Under the pieces are notes generated by a model. It saw nothing but the letters and a program-made list of their open reading frames with translations, did not search any database and was not told the origin of the DNA. Below, one piece after another: positions 60,442 through 64,000 of a stretch of DNA of 64,000 nucleotides. Made by a program: the position numbers and the translations under genes. This DNA comes from an uncultured bacterium. Lineage in GTDB: Bacteria; Krumholzibacteriota; Krumholzibacteriia; LZORAL124-64-63. The stretch is from positions 192,001 to 256,000 of the forward strand of contig CAVSGO010000007.1 in assembly GCA_963727525.1 (NCBI GenBank), given 5' to 3'. The first letter of the stretch is position 1; each line of letters opens with the position of its first letter.

Positions 60442-62877
60442 ATGGACTACGAGAAACTGGGCGTGTTCTATCTCGGGCGGCGCTTCGATGGTGCTCTCGG
60501 CAGCGTGACCGACGAGCCCATCCTGTACGACGCGAAGGATCTCACGACGCACGCCGTATGTGTCGGTATGACGGGCAGTGGCAAGACCGGTCTCGGGGTG
60601 GCCCTCCTGGAGGAGGCGGCCATCGACGGCATTCCCGCCATCGTCATCGATCCCAAGGGCGATCTCGGCAACCTGCTGCTCACCTTTCCCGACCTCGCCG
60701 CGCAGGACTTCCTCCCCTGGGTCGATCCTGCCGAGGCTGCGCGCAAGGGGCGCACGCCCGAGGAGCAAGCGCGCTGGACTGCGGATCTCTGGCGCACGGG
60801 GCTGGCCCAGTGGAACGAGTCGCCCGAGCGTATCGCGCGCTTCGCCGGTTCCTGCGAGCGCGTGATCTACACGCCGGGCAGCCAGGCCGGCCGTCCGGTC
60901 ACGGTGCTGCGGTCATTCGCCGCGCCATCGCCGGCGGTGCTGGCCGATGGCGAGGCCATGCGCGAACGCGTGCAGGCGGCGACGTCGGGCATCCTGGCCC
61001 TGCTCGGCCTCGCGGCCGATCCGCTACGTAGTCGCGAACACATCCTGGTGTCCACCCTGCTCGATACGGCCTGGCGCCAGGGCCGCAGCCTCGACATCGC
61101 CACGCTGATCCGCGAGATCCAGAACCCGCCGGTGCAGCGCGTGGGCGTGCTCGACCTGGAGTCGTTCTATCCTGCAAACGATCGTTTCGAGCTGGCGATG
61201 CGGTTGAACAACCTGCTCGCCGCACCGGGCTTCGCCGCGTGGATGGAAGGCGAGACCCTCGATATCGGCAAGCTGCTCTACGGCGAGGGCGGTAAGCCAC
61301 GCCTGGCGATCTTCTCGATCGCCCACTTGACCGACAGCGAGCGCATGTTCTTCGTGACGATCCTGCTGAACGAGATACTGGCCTGGGTGCGCGCGCAACC
61401 GGGGTCGTCGTCGCTGCGGGCGCTGCTGTACATGGACGAGATCTTCGGGTTCTTTCCTCCCACGGCGAACCCACCGTCCAAGATGCCCATGCTCACGCTG
61501 CTCAAGCAGGCTCGCGCCTGCGGGTTGGGCGTGGTGCTGGCCACGCAGAATCCGGTGGACCTGGACTACAAGGGCCTGGCCAACGCCGGCACCTGGTTCC
61601 TCGGGCGGCTGCAGACCGAACGCGACAAGGCACGGGTGCTCGAGGGGCTCGAGGGCGCCTCGGCGGCCTCGGGCGCGGCCTTCGATCGCGGCGCCATGGA
61701 GCGTACCCTGGCGGGGCTCGGCAACCGCGTGTTCCTGATGAACAACGTGCATGACGATGCGCCGGTGCTTTTCCAGACCCGCTGGGTGCTGTCGTATCTC
61801 GCCGGTCCGCTGACGCGCCCGCAGATCCAGAGCCTCGGCGGGGCGGCGGAAGCCACGTCTCCTGCGGCGCCAGCCCCGGCCGCCGCGGCGACCATGGCCA
61901 CCATTCCCGCGCCTCCGGCCGTGTCGGCGTCGACGCGGCCGGTCTTGCCGCCGGAGGTCACGGAGCGATTCGTGTCGGCGCGCGGCGCGGTGGAGGCGAA
62001 TGCCACGCTCAGCTACCGGCCGGCGTTGCTCGGCACCGGAACGTTGCACTACGTCAACGCGAAGCTCGGCGTGGACGAGTGGACCAAGCTCACCCTGCTG
62101 GCGCCCCTGGCCGACATGGACGCGGTGTCGCCGTGGGAGGGGGCGCAGTCGCTGGCTTCACCGCCACCGCTCGCCGACCGGCCCGATCCGGGGGCGGCGT
62201 TCGCCCCGCTCCCTGCCGAGGCGGCGCAGCCGCGCAGCTACGGCAAGTGGGAGAGCATGCTGAAGACGCAACTCTACCAGGACCGACCGCTCGCACTCTG
62301 GCGCTGCGCGCCGCTCAAGCTGGTGTCGCAGCCGGGGGAGAGCGAGTCGGAGTTCCGGGCGCGGATCCGCGATGCCGGGCGTGTATCGCGCGACCTCGCC
62401 GTGGCGAAGCTGCGCGCGAAGCTGGCACCGAAACTGCAGCGCCTGCAGGACGGGCTCGCCCGTGCCCAGGAGCGCGTGGACCGGGAGACCTCGCAGCTCG
62501 CCCACCAGCGCACGCAGACGGCCATCGCCATCGGGTCGACGGTGCTGGGAGCGCTCTTCGGCCGCAAGTTGCAGAGCACCCGCACGGTGAGCGGCGCCTC
62601 CTCGAGCATGCGGGCCGCCAGCCGGGCCCGGCACGAGGAGGGCGACGTGAAGCTGGCGCGCGACAAGCTGGCCGCACTGCAGCGGGAACTGATCGAGCTC
62701 GAGGCCGACTGCCGGCGCCAGCTCAAGGCCGTGCGCACCGGCGAGGACGGCCCCGACCTGGAAGCCGACGCGGTGAGCGTGGCGCCGCGCAAGACCGACC
62801 TCACGGTCGACCAGCTCCTGCTCGTCTGGATACCCTGGCGCGTCGGCGCCGACGGGGTCGCCGAGCCTCGTTTCTAG
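60442..62877 (+). CDS. HerA/FtsK-superfamily (DUF87/DUF853-like) ATPase with C-terminal coiled coil
   Basis: Walker A GMTGSGKT, IDPKGD, Walker B LYMDE and LATQNP. Confidence 0.82.
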   Translation: MDYEKLGVFYLGRRFDGALGSVTDEPILYDAKDLTTHAVCVGMTGSGKTGLGVALLEEAAIDGIPAIVIDPKGDLGNLLLTFPDLAAQDFLPWVDPAEAARKGRTPEEQARWTADLWRTGLAQWNESPERIARFAGSCERVIYTPGSQAGRPVTVLRSFAAPSPAVLADGEAMRERVQAATSGILALLGLAADPLRSREHILVSTLLDTAWRQGRSLDIATLIREIQNPPVQRVGVLDLESFYPANDRFELAMRLNNLLAAPGFAAWMEGETLDIGKLLYGEGGKPRLAIFSIAHLTDSERMFFVTILLNEILAWVRAQPGSSSLRALLYMDEIFGFFPPTANPPSKMPMLTLLKQARACGLGVVLATQNPVDLDYKGLANAGTWFLGRLQTERDKARVLEGLEGASAASGAAFDRGAMERTLAGLGNRVFLMNNVHDDAPVLFQTRWVLSYLAGPLTRPQIQSLGGAAEATSPAAPAPAAAATMATIPAPPAVSASTRPVLPPEVTERFVSARGAVEANATLSYRPALLGTGTLHYVNAKLGVDEWTKLTLLAPLADMDAVSPWEGAQSLASPPPLADRPDPGAAFAPLPAEAAQPRSYGKWESMLKTQLYQDRPLALWRCAPLKLVSQPGESESEFRARIRDAGRVSRDLAVAKLRAKLAPKLQRLQDGLARAQERVDRETSQLAHQRTQTAIAIGSTVLGALFGRKLQSTRTVSGASSSMRAASRARHEEGDVKLARDKLAALQRELIELEADCRRQLKAVRTGEDGPDLEADAVSVAPRKTDLTVDQLLLVWIPWRVGADGVAEPRF

Positions 62878-62931
62878 CGGGCGCCTTCCACAGTGGAAAT
62901 CCCGGTCGGCGGATGGGATACTCCGCCGTCT

Positions 62932-63858
62932 ATGAACCTGGTGACCATCGTCCTGCCGGTTTTCCTGGTGATCGCGCTCGGCTATGCCCTGCGCCGTCTG
63001 CGTTTCGTCGCGCCCGCGACCGACACCGCGCTCTCGCGCCTCGTCTTCTACGTGGCCGCGCCGGCTCTGCTGCTGCGCAGCACGGCCCGCACGCCGCTGC
63101 AAGCGCTCACGGCCTTGCCCACCCTCGCCGTGCTCGCGGCCGTGAGCGTGGCGATGGCGGTGGGCACGTACCTGGTCGCAGCGCACGCCAGGCCCGCGCG
63201 CCGCGGCGTGATTGCCCAGGGCGCGCACCGTAGCAACATGGTCTTCCTCGGCCTGCCGGTGGTGGCCAACGCCCACGGCGAGGCCGGTCTCGCCGTGGCG
63301 GCCGTCGTCATCGGATTCATGGTGATGTTCTACAATCTGCTCGCGGTGCTGGTGCTCACGGTGCCGCACCAGGGGTTGAGCGCGCGGTCCGTGGCCGTGT
63401 GGCGGGACACGCTCGTCAAGATGGGGGCCAATCCGCTGGTGCTGGGGTGCGCGGGCGGGCTGTTTCTCTCGGTCAGCGGACTTGCGCTGCCGCCCACCGT
63501 CGACCGGTTCCTCGAGATGGTCGGGCGCATCGCACTGCCTCTGGCCCTGATCTCCGTGGGCGTGGGGCTCGACTTCGGGCAATTGCGCGCGGAGCTGGCG
63601 GTGACGTCGGCGGTGGGCGTGCTCAAGCTCATCGTCTATCCCGCGGCGGTGTGGCTGGGCCTGCGCGCCGTGGGGCTGCAGGGGCTGGCGGTGGACGTGC
63701 CCGTGCTACTGATGGCAGCACCGACGGCGGTCACGAGTTACATCATGGCGCGCGAGATGAATGGCGACGAGCATCTCGCCGGCGCCATCGTCATCGGCAC
63801 GACGGTCGCGTCGCTGGTGTCCTACATGGGCTGGCTGCTCGTACTGCGCGCCGTCTGA
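62932..63858 (+). CDS. AEC (auxin efflux carrier) family transporter
   Basis: Motifs LPVFLVIALGY, VFYVAAPALL, SNMVFLGLP, NPLV and PTAV. Confidence 0.9.
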   Translation: MNLVTIVLPVFLVIALGYALRRLRFVAPATDTALSRLVFYVAAPALLLRSTARTPLQALTALPTLAVLAAVSVAMAVGTYLVAAHARPARRGVIAQGAHRSNMVFLGLPVVANAHGEAGLAVAAVVIGFMVMFYNLLAVLVLTVPHQGLSARSVAVWRDTLVKMGANPLVLGCAGGLFLSVSGLALPPTVDRFLEMVGRIALPLALISVGVGLDFGQLRAELAVTSAVGVLKLIVYPAAVWLGLRAVGLQGLAVDVPVLLMAAPTAVTSYIMAREMNGDEHLAGAIVIGTTVASLVSYMGWLLVLRAV

Positions 63859-63870
63859 GACTGGAGAAGG

Positions 63871-64000
63871 GTGCTTTACCTCTGGGCTGCATCACTGCTT
63901 TGGGCCTTCTCGTTCGGCCTGATCAAGACCCGGCTCGCCGGAGTCGATCCGCTGCTGGTGGCGACGGTGCGTCTGGCGCTGGCTGCCCTCGTCTTCCTGC
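63871..64000 (+). CDS. EamA/DMT family transporter (YigM-like), 3'-truncated
   Basis: GGAG RBS, then (M)LYLWAASLLWAFSFGLIKTRLAGVDPLLVATVRLALAALVFL. The LWAFSF motif is characteristic. Confidence 0.75.
   Translation, partial: MLYLWAASLLWAFSFGLIKTRLAGVDPLLVATVRLALAALVFL

Overview
High-GC bacterial chromosomal segment, densely coding. I found no rRNA, tRNA, CRISPR array or mobile element. Three secreted proteins end in a 'PNPFNP'-type FlgD-Ig C-terminal domain, and there is a fused ccoNO gene plus LPS genes (GT2, GT9, msbA). This suggests a diderm FCB-superphylum or candidate-phylum organism (Krumholzibacteriota/Latescibacterota-like; inference). Main blocks: (i) envelope and housekeeping genes at 1-12.8 kb; (ii) a complete cbb3-type cytochrome c oxidase cluster (tauE-like, ccoI, ccoS, fused ccoNO, ccoQ, mono-haem ccoP, ccoG and an unannotated 42-aa mini-ccoH); (iii) an NtrC-family two-component system divergent from a CusCBA-like RND metal efflux operon, with a clear sigma-54 -24/-12 promoter and two phased candidate enhancer sites; (iv) xth-msbA-GT4 and a 972-aa protein with a GAP1-N-like N-terminus; (v) a tdh-like / SelW(Rdx) / HAD operon; (vi) parA, elbB, a stand-alone ACT protein, a ThrRS-N/uridine-kinase fusion, gap, M1 and S8 peptidases, a HerA-like ATPase and transporters. 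The best-supported hidden signal is the middle gene of block (v): a selenoprotein with an in-frame UGA in a CxxU motif and an fdhF-like SECIS hairpin, missed by the ORF track.
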